DNA of 64,000 nucleotides. It comes from an uncultured bacterium (lineage in GTDB: Bacteria; SAR324; NAC60-12). The stretch covers positions 1-64,000 of the forward strand of contig CBFIGY010000013.1 in the NCBI GenBank assembly GCA_965662235.1. The letters are read 5' to 3'. The notes under the pieces are model-generated. The model was not told the DNA's origin and ran no database searches. It worked only from the letters and a program-made list of their open reading frames with translations. Made by a program: the position numbers and the translations under genes. Shown here piece after piece: positions 19,791 to 29,804 of this stretch (positions are counted from its first letter, which is position 1; every line of letters starts with the position of its first letter).

Positions 19791-20990
19791 ATGCCCACAA
19801 ATCTACGGAAGTATACCCCTCAATTTTCCCTCAAATACGGCTGCAATCCCCACCAGCAGCAAGCCGCGTTGCACACCCTGGGGGGCCTGTCGCTCCCGTT
19901 TCGGGTCCTCAACGGACAGCCCGGCTACATCAACCTTCTGGACGCGCTCAACGCCTGGCAGCTGGTGCAGGAGCTGGATGCAGCCCTAGGGCTCCCAGCC
20001 GCTGCGTCCTTCAAGCACGTCAGCCCTGCAGGAGCCGCTGTCGGCGTTCCCCTGAGCCACGAGCTGGAGCTTGCCTACGGAGTGTCCAATCGACGCCTGA
20101 GCCCCCTGGCTCTGGCCTACGTCCGGGCCCGAGGAGCCGACCCGATGTCGTCCTTTGGGGACTTCATTGCGCTGAGCCGGACGGTTGATACCGAGACCGC
20201 AGAAGTGCTGCGGACCACGGTTTCCGATGGCGTCATTGCGCCCGGATACGACGCTGAGGCCCTCCATGTGCTGCAGCAGAAGAAGCAGGGCAACTACCTG
20301 GTGCTGCAGGTGGAGGAAACCTACTCGGCGCCAGAGCAGGAATTCCGCGAGGTCTTTGGCGTGGGCTTCGAGCAAACCCGCAACACGCATCCTCTGACCG
20401 CTGAAACCCTGCTGCACACCCGGGTCACGGACCAGCAGGAGCTGCCCGACGACGCCCAGCGCGACCTCGTCCTGGCCTCCATCACCCTCAAGTACACGCA
20501 GTCGAACTCGGTCGGATACGCCCTGGGCGGTCAGATGATCGGCATTGGCGCCGGACAGCAGAGCCGGATCGACTGCACCAAGCTGGCAGGACGCAAGGCG
20601 GACCTCTGGTTCCTGCGGCAGCATCCCAAGGTGCTGGAGCTACCGTTTGCCGATCACGTCAAAGGGGTGGCACGGACCAATGCCCGCATCGCCTACATTG
20701 AAGGAGACCTGACGCCTCCGGAGCAGGCACGGTGGGAACAGCTCTTCCTCCAGGTCCCGACGCCCCTGAGGGCGCCCACCAAGCGGAAGTGGCTGAGTGC
20801 CCAGACCGGTGTAAGCCTGGCCTCCGATGCCTTCTTCCCCTTCCGGGACAACCTAGATCAGGCCGCTCGGCATGGAGTGTCGTATGTGGTCCAACCGGGA
20901 GGGAGCAATCGAGATGAGGAAGTGATTGAGGCGGCAAATGAGTATGGCATGGTGATGGCGTTCTCCGGCATCCGCCTCTTCCACCACTAG
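19791..20990 (+). CDS. purH: AICAR formyltransferase (PurH transformylase domain only)
   Basis: LKYGCNPHQ, SFKHVSPAG, KYTQSNSV, GAGQQSRIDC, SDAFFPFRD, QPGGS, RLFHH; no N-terminal IMP cyclohydrolase domain. Confidence 0.9.
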   Translation: MPTNLRKYTPQFSLKYGCNPHQQQAALHTLGGLSLPFRVLNGQPGYINLLDALNAWQLVQELDAALGLPAAASFKHVSPAGAAVGVPLSHELELAYGVSNRRLSPLALAYVRARGADPMSSFGDFIALSRTVDTETAEVLRTTVSDGVIAPGYDAEALHVLQQKKQGNYLVLQVEETYSAPEQEFREVFGVGFEQTRNTHPLTAETLLHTRVTDQQELPDDAQRDLVLASITLKYTQSNSVGYALGGQMIGIGAGQQSRIDCTKLAGRKADLWFLRQHPKVLELPFADHVKGVARTNARIAYIEGDLTPPEQARWEQLFLQVPTPLRAPTKRKWLSAQTGVSLASDAFFPFRDNLDQAARHGVSYVVQPGGSNRDEEVIEAANEYGMVMAFSGIRLFHH

Positions 20991-21036
20991 CCCCTGAGGA
21001 ACGCAGGTCGAGCCCCCCGCCTGCGCCCCATCAGCA

Positions 21037-22089
21037 TCAGAAGACCGACTGTCCTGTCGAGTCCGGACGGGCGATGGCGTCAATGGCCATCTGCATCGTG
21101 ATGCTTCCCACCACACTTCCCTTCTTGTCCAGAACCGGCACCGGAACATGGCCACTCTTGGCCAGCTTCGGCAGAGCGTCTTCCAGAGAGGATGTCACGG
21201 AAAGCCCGGAAGTGGCTTCTGGTTTGTTGTCGGGGTCCATCACGGCACGGACCAGCAGCACGCGAGCCCGGTTGATGTCCCGGACGAAGTCGGTGATGTA
21301 GTCATCGGCAGGTTTGAGGACGATCTGCTGCACCGTTCCCTGCTGAATCACCTCTCCGTCCCGGAGGATCGCAATCTTGTCTCCCAGACGCAGGGCCTCA
21401 TCGAGGTCGTGGGTGATGAAGACAATGGTCTTGTGCAACTCCTCCTGCAGGCCCAACAGAATGCTCTGCATCTCAGAGCGGATCAGCGGATCCAGAGCGC
21501 TGAAGGCCTCGTCCATCAGCAGGATGTCGGCGTCGGTGGTCAACGCCCGGGCCAGGCCCACGCGCTGCTGCATGCCTCCAGAAAGCTTCGGAGGAAACTG
21601 GTCCTCAAAGCCAGACAGGCCCACGCGATCAATCCACTTTTCCGCCCGTCGCTTCCCTTCCTCCTTGGAGATGCCCTGGATGTCCAGGCCGTACATGACG
21701 TTCTCCAGAATGGTCCGGTGCGGCAGCAGAGCAAACTTCTGGAAGACCATGGACGCCCGGTGGCGTCGGAACTCCCGCAGCTGCTGCTTGCTCATGGAAA
21801 GCACCTCTTCGCCTCCGACGGTGATGCTTCCGGAGGTGGGCTCAATGAGGCGGTTGATGTGCCGGATCAGGGTGGATTTACCGGAGCCGGACAGGCCCAT
21901 CACCACCTGGAGGCTGTTGGCCGGCATTTCCAGATTGATGTTGTTCAGGCCGAGCACATGGTTGTGCTGGTCCAAAAGCTCCTGCTTCCCAATCCCGTCC
22001 TTGACCAGAGGCATCACCGACTGAGGGTCGGGGCCAAAGATCTTGTAGAGGTTTTCAATGTTGATGAGGATTTCGGGGGCCTCAGACAT
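21037..22089 (-). CDS. proV: Quaternary amine/osmolyte ABC transporter ATP-binding protein
   Basis: GLSGSGKST, LSGGMQQRVGLARAL, LMDEAFSALDPLIR, C-terminal CBS-like region; ATG at 22089. Confidence 0.93.
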   Translation of the reverse strand: MSEAPEILINIENLYKIFGPDPQSVMPLVKDGIGKQELLDQHNHVLGLNNINLEMPANSLQVVMGLSGSGKSTLIRHINRLIEPTSGSITVGGEEVLSMSKQQLREFRRHRASMVFQKFALLPHRTILENVMYGLDIQGISKEEGKRRAEKWIDRVGLSGFEDQFPPKLSGGMQQRVGLARALTTDADILLMDEAFSALDPLIRSEMQSILLGLQEELHKTIVFITHDLDEALRLGDKIAILRDGEVIQQGTVQQIVLKPADDYITDFVRDINRARVLLVRAVMDPDNKPEATSGLSVTSSLEDALPKLAKSGHVPVPVLDKKGSVVGSITMQMAIDAIARPDSTGQSVF

Positions 22090-22978
22090 TCGGACCTCCC
22101 GCACGGTGCCGCTGCAGGCGTCGTCCGTACTCTTGAGAAACCCGGTCGAAGATGATGGCGAGGGCGACAATGGCAATTCCGTTGAACAGCCCGAGCGCCA
22201 GGTACTGGTTCGAGATGGCCTTCAGCACGGGCTGTCCCAGTCCTCGAACGCCGATCATCGACGCAATCACCACCATGGCCAGGGACATCATGATGGTCTG
22301 GTTGATGCCGGCAAAGATGTTCGGAAGCGCCAGCGGAATCTGCACCCCGGTCAGGCGCTGCCACGAGCTGGCTCCAAAGGCGTCTGCGGCCTCCAGCACC
22401 TGCTTGTCCACCAGGCGAATCCCTAGGTTGGTGAGGCGTACAATGGGGGGCAGGGCATAGATCACCACGGCCAGCATGCCAGGCACCTTGCCAATGCCGA
22501 GCAGCATCACCACCGGAATCAGGTAAACGAAGCTGGGGATGGTCTGCATCACGTCCAGAACCGGTGTGATGAACGTCTGTGCCCGGTTCGAGCGCGCCAT
22601 CATCACCCCAATGGGCATCCCCACGACAATGCAGATGAGGGTACACACCGTGATCATGCTCACAGTGCTCATGGTGTCCTCCCACATGTCCAGGTAACCA
22701 ATCGCCAGCAGCGCCAGCACGGTTCCAATGGTAATGCGGACACTCCGGCTTCCCAACCAGGCCAGCCCGGCAGCCACCATCAGGATCAACGGCCAGGGCG
22801 CATGGGTGAGCAGGTTTTCCAACCAGATGAGGAATTGAAGGAGGGGGTCAAAGAAGTTCTCGAGGGCCTCCCCGTAGTGTCGGGAAAAACTCCGGAAGCC
22901 CTCGTCAACAACCTTTTTCAGCTGCAACAGGTCCCGGCGTCCCATGGTGGGAAAGCTGAGTAAAAAGTCAGAGTCCAA
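22082..22978 (-). CDS. proW: Quaternary amine/osmolyte ABC transporter permease
   Basis: LDVMQTIPSFVYLIP, RLTNLGIR, EAADAFG, AGINQTIMMSLAMVVIASMIG. Confidence 0.94.
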   Translation of the reverse strand: MDSDFLLSFPTMGRRDLLQLKKVVDEGFRSFSRHYGEALENFFDPLLQFLIWLENLLTHAPWPLILMVAAGLAWLGSRSVRITIGTVLALLAIGYLDMWEDTMSTVSMITVCTLICIVVGMPIGVMMARSNRAQTFITPVLDVMQTIPSFVYLIPVVMLLGIGKVPGMLAVVIYALPPIVRLTNLGIRLVDKQVLEAADAFGASSWQRLTGVQIPLALPNIFAGINQTIMMSLAMVVIASMIGVRGLGQPVLKAISNQYLALGLFNGIAIVALAIIFDRVSQEYGRRLQRHRAGGPNV

Positions 22979-23019
22979 GTCATTCTCCGTAAGAGGGTTA
23001 CCTCAGAAGGGCGGTTGAA

Positions 23020-23039
23020 GGAGAGCCCGCAGGCTCTCC
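23020..23039. terminator. Intercistronic hairpin between the binding-protein and permease genes
   Basis: GGAGAGCC-CGCA-GGCTCTCC. Confidence 0.5.
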
Positions 23040-23067
23040 GGTTCACCAATTCTTCAGGAGATTTGGA

Positions 23068-24108
23068 TCAAAGGGCTCGCTTGACCTTTGCAGCCACGTC
23101 GGCCGACACCCAGGAGCTCCACATGGCTTCTTGAGTGGCCAGGAACTCATAGGCGGCATCTTCACCCGTGGCCTGGTTGGCGTCCATCCACTTCAGCATG
23201 CCTCCGAGTTCATCCAACGGAATCTTGCGGGCCTTGATGTACCCCAGCGCGTCAGAGTCGCTTTCCATGAAGCGCTTGGTGACCACGGTGTTGACTTCAG
23301 ACTTCGTCCAGGAGGACGGCTTGGGGTCCATGCACTCGTCTTCGCTCAGGGCGATGCAGTTGTTCCAGTTGTCTGCGTCGTACGGGGCGTTGAAGTCCAC
23401 CGGCACCATCGGGTACTTTCCGAGGATCACGGTCGGGGCCCAGTAGTAACCGAGCCACGGCTCCTTGCGCTCATACGCCTTGGCAATCGATCCGTCCAGA
23501 CCCGCACCGGAACCGGTGTCCACCAGGCGCCAGCCCTTGTCTTCCATGTCGAAGGCACGGAAGAGGTTGTTGGTGGCCAACTGACAGCCCCAGCCGGAGG
23601 GGCAGGTGTGCAGGGCGCCCTTGCTCGGATCTTCCGGGTGCGGGAAGAGGTCCGGACGCTTCATGATGTCCTGCAGGGTCTTCAGCTCGGGGTGGGCTTC
23701 GGCAAAGTACTTCGGAATCCACCAGCCCTCACCGGCGCCCACGATCGGAGTCGCGTTCACCACCATCAGGCGTCCCTCGCTCTCTGCCTTCTTGAGCGGG
23801 TTGCGGACGGCGTTCGCCCACAGCTCCGGAGCAATGTCCGGCTCCCCCTTCTCATCCATGGACGCAAACGACGTCATGGTCGCGCCAGCAATCAGCTCCA
23901 CGTCACAGTTGTAGCCTTCCTCAAGAATGATCTTGTCCAGGTTGGCCATGAACTCGGCGGAGGCCCAGTTCATCTCTGCAATGGTCACCTTGCCACAGGC
24001 AGCAAATGCCGAAGGAGCCCAAAAGAGAATCAGCGCGAGGACCATTGGAAAAATGAATCTTTTGTTAAATCGATTCATTGAGTTCGGGGTGTTCGGAAAA
24101 TCCGTCAT
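23068..24108 (-). CDS. proX: Glycine betaine/proline-type ABC substrate-binding protein
   Basis: Signal peptide ending AFA-A, IAEMNWAS, PELW, CPSGWGC, GYYWAPT. Start may be ATG 24078; exact substrate unknown. Confidence 0.88.
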   Translation of the reverse strand: MTDFPNTPNSMNRFNKRFIFPMVLALILFWAPSAFAACGKVTIAEMNWASAEFMANLDKIILEEGYNCDVELIAGATMTSFASMDEKGEPDIAPELWANAVRNPLKKAESEGRLMVVNATPIVGAGEGWWIPKYFAEAHPELKTLQDIMKRPDLFPHPEDPSKGALHTCPSGWGCQLATNNLFRAFDMEDKGWRLVDTGSGAGLDGSIAKAYERKEPWLGYYWAPTVILGKYPMVPVDFNAPYDADNWNNCIALSEDECMDPKPSSWTKSEVNTVVTKRFMESDSDALGYIKARKIPLDELGGMLKWMDANQATGEDAAYEFLATQEAMWSSWVSADVAAKVKRAL

Positions 24109-24372
24109 TTCAATCCTTTAGTGAAGTTAGCGATGCGACCCCACTCCGTGGTGGCGTCTGGGGACCAGATGCGAAGAAAGAGGCATAGCGGGAGGGTCCC
24201 CTTGCGTTCAAGGCCTTGGGCCTAAAGACCGTCCTGGGTACTGAGCAAATCAAGGAGGTTTCGGGTATGCGTGCGAGCATTGGCAACTCACGGAACATCC
24301 GCCTCCTTTTCGACACAAGCACGTGCCCCCGGGGGGCTTGCGGACGTGGGTTCTATGCCCTAGAGGGTATGT

Positions 24373-24401
24373 AATCTACAGAGCCCCTTGCCTTTTGTCA
24401 A
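24373..24401 (-). promoter_or_regulatory. Sigma70-type promoter for the ABC operon
   Basis: Minus strand reads TTGACA-17 nt-TAGATT. Confidence 0.7.
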
Positions 24402-24613
24402 ATAAGTCACCGATAACGCTGAACTGCAAATTCCTGATTTTGGTTAATTATCCTCAAAAACCATTGTGACTTCGGTAAGATAGCCCGACTGGGGGGCGCT
24501 TGTGTTCGCCCAGAGATTTGATTAGACTGCAAGCGTTTTGATGCGAGCGAGTGAGCTTTTTTGAGGTCAGTCGCAGCGGTCCTGGTTCTCAACCCTTTAG
24601 TCAGAAAGTGGTC

Positions 24614-25258
24614 ATGCGGGTGACCCTGAAAGCGGCGGCCACTCTGGATGGCAAGATTGCCACCGCCACTGGAGAATCGAAGTGGATCACCGGCCCGGAG
24701 GCCCGTCAGTGGGGGCACCATCTGCGGGCAGAGCACGACGCCATTTTGGTGGGCATTGGCACCGTGTTGGCGGATGATCCGGCGCTGACCACCCGGGGCG
24801 TCCCAGGCGGGCGTTCCCCGGCCCGTGTGGTGCTCGACTCGCAGGGTCGCCTACCGGCTCACGCCCAGGTGCTGGCTCCGGATGGCCTCCCGGTTTGGGT
24901 CTTCACTGGCGCCGCTGCACCGCCTTCCCCTTCTCCCCTCCGTCCCCGCCTGCACTGGTGTGCGGCTCCCACAGCCCGTCCGGAAATCCCGTGGGTGCTT
25001 GAGCAGCTGGCCGATGCGGGAATCACCAGCGTTTTGGTCGAAGGCGGTGCCCAGGTTCATGCCGCCTTCCTAGCCGCCCAACGGGTCCATGAATTAAAAC
25101 TTTTCCTTGCACCCAAAGTGATTGGGGGGCAAAATGCCTTGTCCTGGTGTGCCGACTGGGGGGTAGGGGCCCTCGCTGAGACGGAACGCTGGGAAATTAA
25201 AGGATCTCGCCTGCTGGGAAAGGACCTTCTGATAGAAGCTTCATATTTGATTTCTTAA
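24614..25258 (+). CDS. RibD C-terminal (pyrimidine reductase) domain, stand-alone
   Basis: VTLKAAATLDGKIA..SKWIT, GIGTVLADDPALT, LVEGGA, APKVIGG; no deaminase domain. Confidence 0.9.
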   Translation: MRVTLKAAATLDGKIATATGESKWITGPEARQWGHHLRAEHDAILVGIGTVLADDPALTTRGVPGGRSPARVVLDSQGRLPAHAQVLAPDGLPVWVFTGAAAPPSPSPLRPRLHWCAAPTARPEIPWVLEQLADAGITSVLVEGGAQVHAAFLAAQRVHELKLFLAPKVIGGQNALSWCADWGVGALAETERWEIKGSRLLGKDLLIEASYLIS

Positions 25259-25440
25259 ATAGGTTGGTAGTTTTGCGAACTGATGGACCGGTTGAGGCCC
25301 CGTATCCTGTTCCTCGGCTTTGACCTGAAGCGGTTCTCATTTTTGTCCCTCTCTTCTTTTCCCTTCTGCAGGTACATTCGAAGTCATTCCGATAAATAAC
25401 TGATTTCTGAATAAAAAGATCTTTTCCTGAAAAAAGCCCC

Positions 25441-28083
25441 GTGTTCCAAGCGTTGGTTGCGTTTCGTCCTTCCATTCAGCAGCAACTTTTTTTTCTTGTC
25501 GTTGTGGTCAGCGGCGTCCTCTGCTTTGCGATCGGAGGATTGGTGCACTTCCGGACCATTCAGTACCTCGAAACGGTGCAGACGGAAGACATGGCTCGGC
25601 TTCGCTCCCTTGTGGCTCAGGACATTGGTCGATTCTTTGAACAGCACCACCACCCGAACCTTCAGGTGGGCCTGCCCACTCCCGCCTCACTGACGAAAGC
25701 AGGCAACCCGCAGAACCGTCTGCTGCTTCCGGAAACCAACCCCACTGACCCACTGAAACAGTGGGAAGCGTTCAACGAGTTTGAGACCACGCTGCTGCTC
25801 AACCAGCCCGAGGTCGCCCAGGCCCTCAAGCTGGCGCAGCGCGGAGAAAGTCTGCTCATCAAGACCAGTGTTCCCTCGCAGCCCTTGACCTTCTACCTTC
25901 ATGTCTTCCGGGACGTTGGCCGCCAGAGCAACCACCTTGGTCTCTACGCCTTCTATCCCTCCGACCTGACTCGCATCCTCCAAGAGCACCTCAACTTTGA
26001 ACGTCAGGACAACGGGCTGGTGTTCTGGCTCCGGGACGCTCAGGGGCATCCGCTGGCCTATGCCGCCGACCCTGGAGAGTTTCATGAATCGACCCCGACG
26101 CTTCCGCCCCTTTCGACCTCGGTGAACCTGTTGATTGGGGAGACCCCGATTCAGGTTCCGGGCAGCACCTGGACCCTGACCACTGTCCGGGACCGCTCCG
26201 AGATCCTAGAACAGGCCTGGGAAATGGTGGCTCCGCTCTGGGGACTGCTCGTTTTTGTCTTCCTCGTCTTTGCCAGCGGAGGTTTCTTCCTTTCCCGAAA
26301 GATTGGCGTCAGCGTCAAAAAGGTGGTGGCCCAGGCAGAACGCCTGTCTGCGGGACGTTACCTCACCCCTCAGGATCAGCCCCTGACGCGCCAGAATGAA
26401 CTCGACGCCATCTGTCAGGCCCTGCTGCAGATCTCCGAGGGGTTGCAGGTGATGGAACACGAAGCCACCCGCTTCATTGACGGCGAGGCCACCCGGATTG
26501 TCCAACCGCGTTCCTGCGAGGACAGCATGGCCTCCACCTTCAACCGCATGATTGAGGTCATTCACCAACGAGAAGCCCGGCTGAAGGAACAGGGGGAGCT
26601 GAACGAAACCATCCTCAACTCCCTCACCGAGGCCATCTTCATTGTCCGCCCCGATGGACAGATTCAACGCGCCAACCCCGTGGGCGCCTCCTGGCTCGAG
26701 GGGGCTCCCCACGACGGACCGCAAAACCTGATGAACCTCTTTGCCGATGAACAGGCGCTGCATGATCAGGTTCTCAAGCAGGTGCAGCATCAGCTGGAAC
26801 TCCTTCAGGCGCAACCGGACGCGTTTCAGCAGACTCTGGAGGCCATCCCCCTCCCCATTGTCGGCATCGCCCCAGACAGTTCCATTCAGTTGACAAACAG
26901 CCGCTTCCTCCAGGCGACCGGCTACCCCGATGGCCTGCAGCAGCAGCCCTTTAGCACCCTTCTGCCCCCGGCGCTGCAAGGCAAGCATGATCAGTTTGTC
27001 CAAGAGTTCTTTGAGTCCCACCAGACGCGTTCCATGGGGCAGGGCATTCGCTTCCCCATCGTTACCGCCGGTGGCGTCACCCGGCACTTCGAGGTCGCCC
27101 TCATCTCGCTGCATAGCCATCGCCCCCTTGCCTTGGCGTTCCTCGCGGACCCTGCCACGCAGGAACGTTGGGAGATCTTCCGACTCGTTTTCTTCTCCAG
27201 CCTCTTTGAGAAAACCGAGAGCCAGCGCATCCACCGGCTGCAGAAATCCAGCGGAGAAGTCCTTCCGGTCCTCATCTCCTCTGCGCTTCTCAACGATTCC
27301 TCCGGAACCATCACCGGTGCGGTTGTGGCCATGCGGGACCTGACGAGCTTCCAAAAGGTTCAGCGTCAGCTTCAGCAGTCAGCCAAACTGGCCTCGCTTG
27401 GTGAAATGGCCACCGGAGTGGCGCATGAGATCAACCAGCCCCTGACCTTCATCAATGGCGTCCTCTTCGACCTGGTGGAAGACCTCAGCGAAGGCGTGAC
27501 GCTGGATCCGGAACCGACGCTGCTGGACCTCAAGGAGAGTCAACGTCAGGTGCAGCGCATCACCCAGATCATTCAGCACATGCGTCTGTTTGGACGGCAC
27601 CACTCCGATGCCCGCCACGCCGTCACCCTGAGCGACATTGTCAACAACGCGCTCCTGCTGCTGGGCAAGAGCCTCCGGAACGCCAACATTGAAGTGGAGG
27701 TTGTGCTGCCTGAGGAGGAGGTGCTGGTGCAGGCCAACCCGATCCAGATGGAGCAGGTCCTCATCAACCTCCTGCAGAACGTTGTGGACGCCATGACGGA
27801 GCTGACCACGCCACGCGAGCAGAAGGTCCGGATTGAGCTCAAGCGGGTGCGCAACAGTGGGGTGCTGACCCTTGAAGACAACGGCCCCGGCATTCCGGAA
27901 GACGTTCAGGAACGCATCTTCGACCCCTTCTTCACCACCAAGGGCCCCAGCAAGGGAACCGGACTGGGCCTTTCCATCTCCCTCGGCATCATTGAGGCGC
28001 ACGGTGGGAACCTCCAGTGTCGTTCTCAGGAAGGCACCGGGACCACTTTTGAAATCACCCTTCCCCTGGGTTTTGAGTCATGA
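25441..28083 (+). CDS. Membrane sensor histidine kinase: TM-periplasmic-TM-HAMP-PAS/PAS-HisKA-HATPase
   Basis: Two TMs, PAS motifs, H-box [31 protein letters not shown]. Confidence 0.92.
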   Translation: MFQALVAFRPSIQQQLFFLVVVVSGVLCFAIGGLVHFRTIQYLETVQTEDMARLRSLVAQDIGRFFEQHHHPNLQVGLPTPASLTKAGNPQNRLLLPETNPTDPLKQWEAFNEFETTLLLNQPEVAQALKLAQRGESLLIKTSVPSQPLTFYLHVFRDVGRQSNHLGLYAFYPSDLTRILQEHLNFERQDNGLVFWLRDAQGHPLAYAADPGEFHESTPTLPPLSTSVNLLIGETPIQVPGSTWTLTTVRDRSEILEQAWEMVAPLWGLLVFVFLVFASGGFFLSRKIGVSVKKVVAQAERLSAGRYLTPQDQPLTRQNELDAICQALLQISEGLQVMEHEATRFIDGEATRIVQPRSCEDSMASTFNRMIEVIHQREARLKEQGELNETILNSLTEAIFIVRPDGQIQRANPVGASWLEGAPHDGPQNLMNLFADEQALHDQVLKQVQHQLELLQAQPDAFQQTLEAIPLPIVGIAPDSSIQLTNSRFLQATGYPDGLQQQPFSTLLPPALQGKHDQFVQEFFESHQTRSMGQGIRFPIVTAGGVTRHFEVALISLHSHRPLALAFLADPATQERWEIFRLVFFSSLFEKTESQRIHRLQKSSGEVLPVLISSALLNDSSGTITGAVVAMRDLTSFQKVQRQLQQSAKLASLGEMATGVAHEINQPLTFINGVLFDLVEDLSEGVTLDPEPTLLDLKESQRQVQRITQIIQHMRLFGRHHSDARHAVTLSDIVNNALLLLGKSLRNANIEVEVVLPEEEVLVQANPIQMEQVLINLLQNVVDAMTELTTPREQKVRIELKRVRNSGVLTLEDNGPGIPEDVQERIFDPFFTTKGPSKGTGLGLSISLGIIEAHGGNLQCRSQEGTGTTFEITLPLGFES

Positions 28084-29804
28084 CGTCTTCCCCTCCCAAG
28101 GTGCTGATCATTGATGATGAGCCACTGGTGCGCCGTACCATTGAGCGCGCCCTCCGGAACCTTGAGGTGCAGCTGCACGCCGCAGAGGATGGGGAGGCCG
28201 GGCTTGAGCAGATTCAGACGCTGGCGCCGGATGTGGTGGTTCTGGACCTACGCATGCCCGTCATGGACGGTCTGCAGGTGCTGAAGCAGCTGGAGCTCCG
28301 CGCCGACTCTCCTCTCAATGTCATTGTCCTCACCGGACATGGCGATGACGATGAGCTCCGGGAGTGCTACGCCCTGGGCGCCCGGGCCTTCCTCAAGAAG
28401 CCCTTCAATCCCATTGAGATGCGGGCGCTGGTGCAGCAAAGCCTCGCCGTCCTGCACGCCCAGCAGGCCCTGCTGGAGGTCAATCAGCAGCTGGAGCAAC
28501 GGGTGCTGGAACGGACCCGCGACCTGAACCAGCTCAATGACGCCTTTCGGCGCTTTGTCCCTCGGCAGTACCTGGAACGGGCCGAGGCGTCTGAGATGGA
28601 GGTCTTCCGGCCTGGGCACTTCCATGTGGAGCCGATGACGGTGCTGTTCCTCGACCTCCGGGACTTCACCAATCTGACGGAACCCCTCACGCCACTGGAG
28701 ACGTTGGAGTTCCTCAACCGCTTCTTCGGCCTCCTGGTTCCTGTGATTGAGGCACACGATGGTTTTGTGGACAAGTTCATGGGCGATGGCCTGATGGCCC
28801 TGTTCGACCGGGAGGAAGGAGCCGCACATGCCGTGCAGGCAGCGTTGCAGATGCATGAGCAGCTGCAGCTCCACAATGCCGAGCGTGAGAGCCTGCAGCA
28901 GCGTCCGCTGCGGTTTGGAGTGGGCATTCACACCGGACTTGTGGTGGTGGGCACCATTGGATCCGAGTCCCGCCTCGACTCCACGGCCATCGGCGACACC
29001 ATCAACTCTGCATCCCGCCTGGAGCAGCTGACCAAGCAGTACGGCAGCTGGCTGCTCATCACCGAAACCACCCGCAAGGGGTTGGATCCACAGCACTTCC
29101 AGACCCGGATGGTGGACTGCATCCGCTTCCGGGGCAAACGCAACCCGCTCCGCATCTACGAGGTCTTTGACCACCTCAGCCGACCCGCACAGGACCTCCG
29201 GCACCAGCAGGCTCCGCTCTTCAACGAGGGCATGGCGCTCTATCAGCAAGGACAGTTTGAGCAGGCCCTAGAGGCCTTTGAACGTTGCCTGGCCGTGGAT
29301 CCGGAGGACACGATTGTGGTGGAGTACCTCCGCCGCTGCCACACCTTCCTCAAGTACCCTCCGGAGCACTGGGAAGGGATCATGGACGCCAGCGACGAGC
29401 TGCTGCAACGGGCCCGACGCCGCACCGCCCCCCGGCTTCCCTTCATGATCCCAGCCTCTGTGCAGCGGAGCCCTCAACACGTCGTCTCCGCCCAAACCCT
29501 CGACCTCTCCCGCTACGGTCTGCGGCTTGCGTTGGAGGAAGCGGCCGGCATCGGCGAGATCCTCATGGTCCGGATTGACCCCGATCACCTGCAGATGGAG
29601 CTGGGGCTGGGTCGTCCCTTTGAGATGCTCTCACAGGTGGCCTGGACCCGAGAGGCCCCCAGTGAGGCTCCAACGCTGCCCTGGCAGATTGGAGTGGAGT
29701 TTGTCACCCTCGATCCGGAGCAGGAGATCTGGCTCAACCGCGTCCTCATCAACCTCTCCGAAAACGCGCCTCCTTCCCCCTCTTCCGGAGTGGCTCATGC
29801 CTAA
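28080..29804 (+). CDS. REC - class III adenylate cyclase - TPR - PilZ fusion
   Basis: DLRMP/KP receiver; LFLDLRDFT, DKFMGD, GIHTG, TAIGDTINSASRLE; TPR helix pair; RRRTAPR..DLSRYG. Confidence 0.88.
   Translation: MTSSPPKVLIIDDEPLVRRTIERALRNLEVQLHAAEDGEAGLEQIQTLAPDVVVLDLRMPVMDGLQVLKQLELRADSPLNVIVLTGHGDDDELRECYALGARAFLKKPFNPIEMRALVQQSLAVLHAQQALLEVNQQLEQRVLERTRDLNQLNDAFRRFVPRQYLERAEASEMEVFRPGHFHVEPMTVLFLDLRDFTNLTEPLTPLETLEFLNRFFGLLVPVIEAHDGFVDKFMGDGLMALFDREEGAAHAVQAALQMHEQLQLHNAERESLQQRPLRFGVGIHTGLVVVGTIGSESRLDSTAIGDTINSASRLEQLTKQYGSWLLITETTRKGLDPQHFQTRMVDCIRFRGKRNPLRIYEVFDHLSRPAQDLRHQQAPLFNEGMALYQQGQFEQALEAFERCLAVDPEDTIVVEYLRRCHTFLKYPPEHWEGIMDASDELLQRARRRTAPRLPFMIPASVQRSPQHVVSAQTLDLSRYGLRLALEEAAGIGEILMVRIDPDHLQMELGLGRPFEMLSQVAWTREAPSEAPTLPWQIGVEFVTLDPEQEIWLNRVLINLSENAPPSPSSGVAHA

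Noticed and set aside
25365..25397. Sigma28-like -10 element (TCCGATAA) before the PAS kinase operon
   Set aside because: No convincing TAAA -35 element at the right distance.
29527..29796. N-terminal extensions in the ORF track (also at 2621, 12431, 13875, 22176, 39420, 56699, 62233)
   Set aside because: They overlap neighbouring genes or lack domain signal; downstream starts match domain boundaries and translational coupling.
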